Positions 63,943 through 64,000 of a stretch of 64,000 nucleotides of DNA are shown here, piece after piece (within the stretch, counting starts at the first letter, position 1; every line of letters begins with the position of its first letter). Location of the stretch: the NCBI RefSeq assembly GCF_006345805.1, contig NC_042997.1:133796001-133860000 (forward strand), given 5' to 3'. A program made the translations under genes and the position numbers. Source of the DNA: Octopus sinensis (taxonomy: Eukaryota). Below the pieces are notes generated by a model. It did not search any database and had not been told where the DNA came from. It was given only the letters and a program-made list of their open reading frames with translations.

Positions 63943-64000
63943 CTTGTGAGAGACTTCCTGTTTGCAGACGATTGTGCGCTTGCAGCATTGAATAAACCAG
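63943..64000 (+). mobile_element. Start of an RTE-clade LINE reverse-transcriptase fragment (runs off the window)
   Basis: Translates LVRDFLFADDCALAALNKP, matching the RTE-type (L/F)LFADDCAL catalytic motif. Confidence 0.75.

Overview
AT-rich eukaryotic DNA dense in microsatellites and transposons. The repeat families look like those of an octopus (coleoid cephalopod); this is my inference, not a database result. The window is mostly intronic or intergenic, and almost all listed ORFs are microsatellite or SINE artefacts. Recognisable content: many tRNA-derived SINEs of several families; decayed LINE fragments (CR1/L2-like, L1/Tx1-like, RTE-like); deleted mariner and Tc1 transposons; hAT and piggyBac-type MITEs with clear target-site duplications (TSDs); a Helitron-like element; minisatellites; and a 507-bp tandem duplication. 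No complete host gene is identifiable. There are a few candidate + strand exons (1911-2181, 22339-22504, 50377-50467) and a promoter-like island near 46.9 kb with an RFX X-box. Two signals stand out. First, there is a set of minimal hammerhead-ribozyme motifs, one with an intact core at 36755-36807 (-), mostly inside short non-coding Penelope-like inserts in (TA)n tracts. Second, a ~540-bp (AAT)n-tailed element is present both in normal order and as a unit-length circular permutation. All calls come from reading the sequence by eye.
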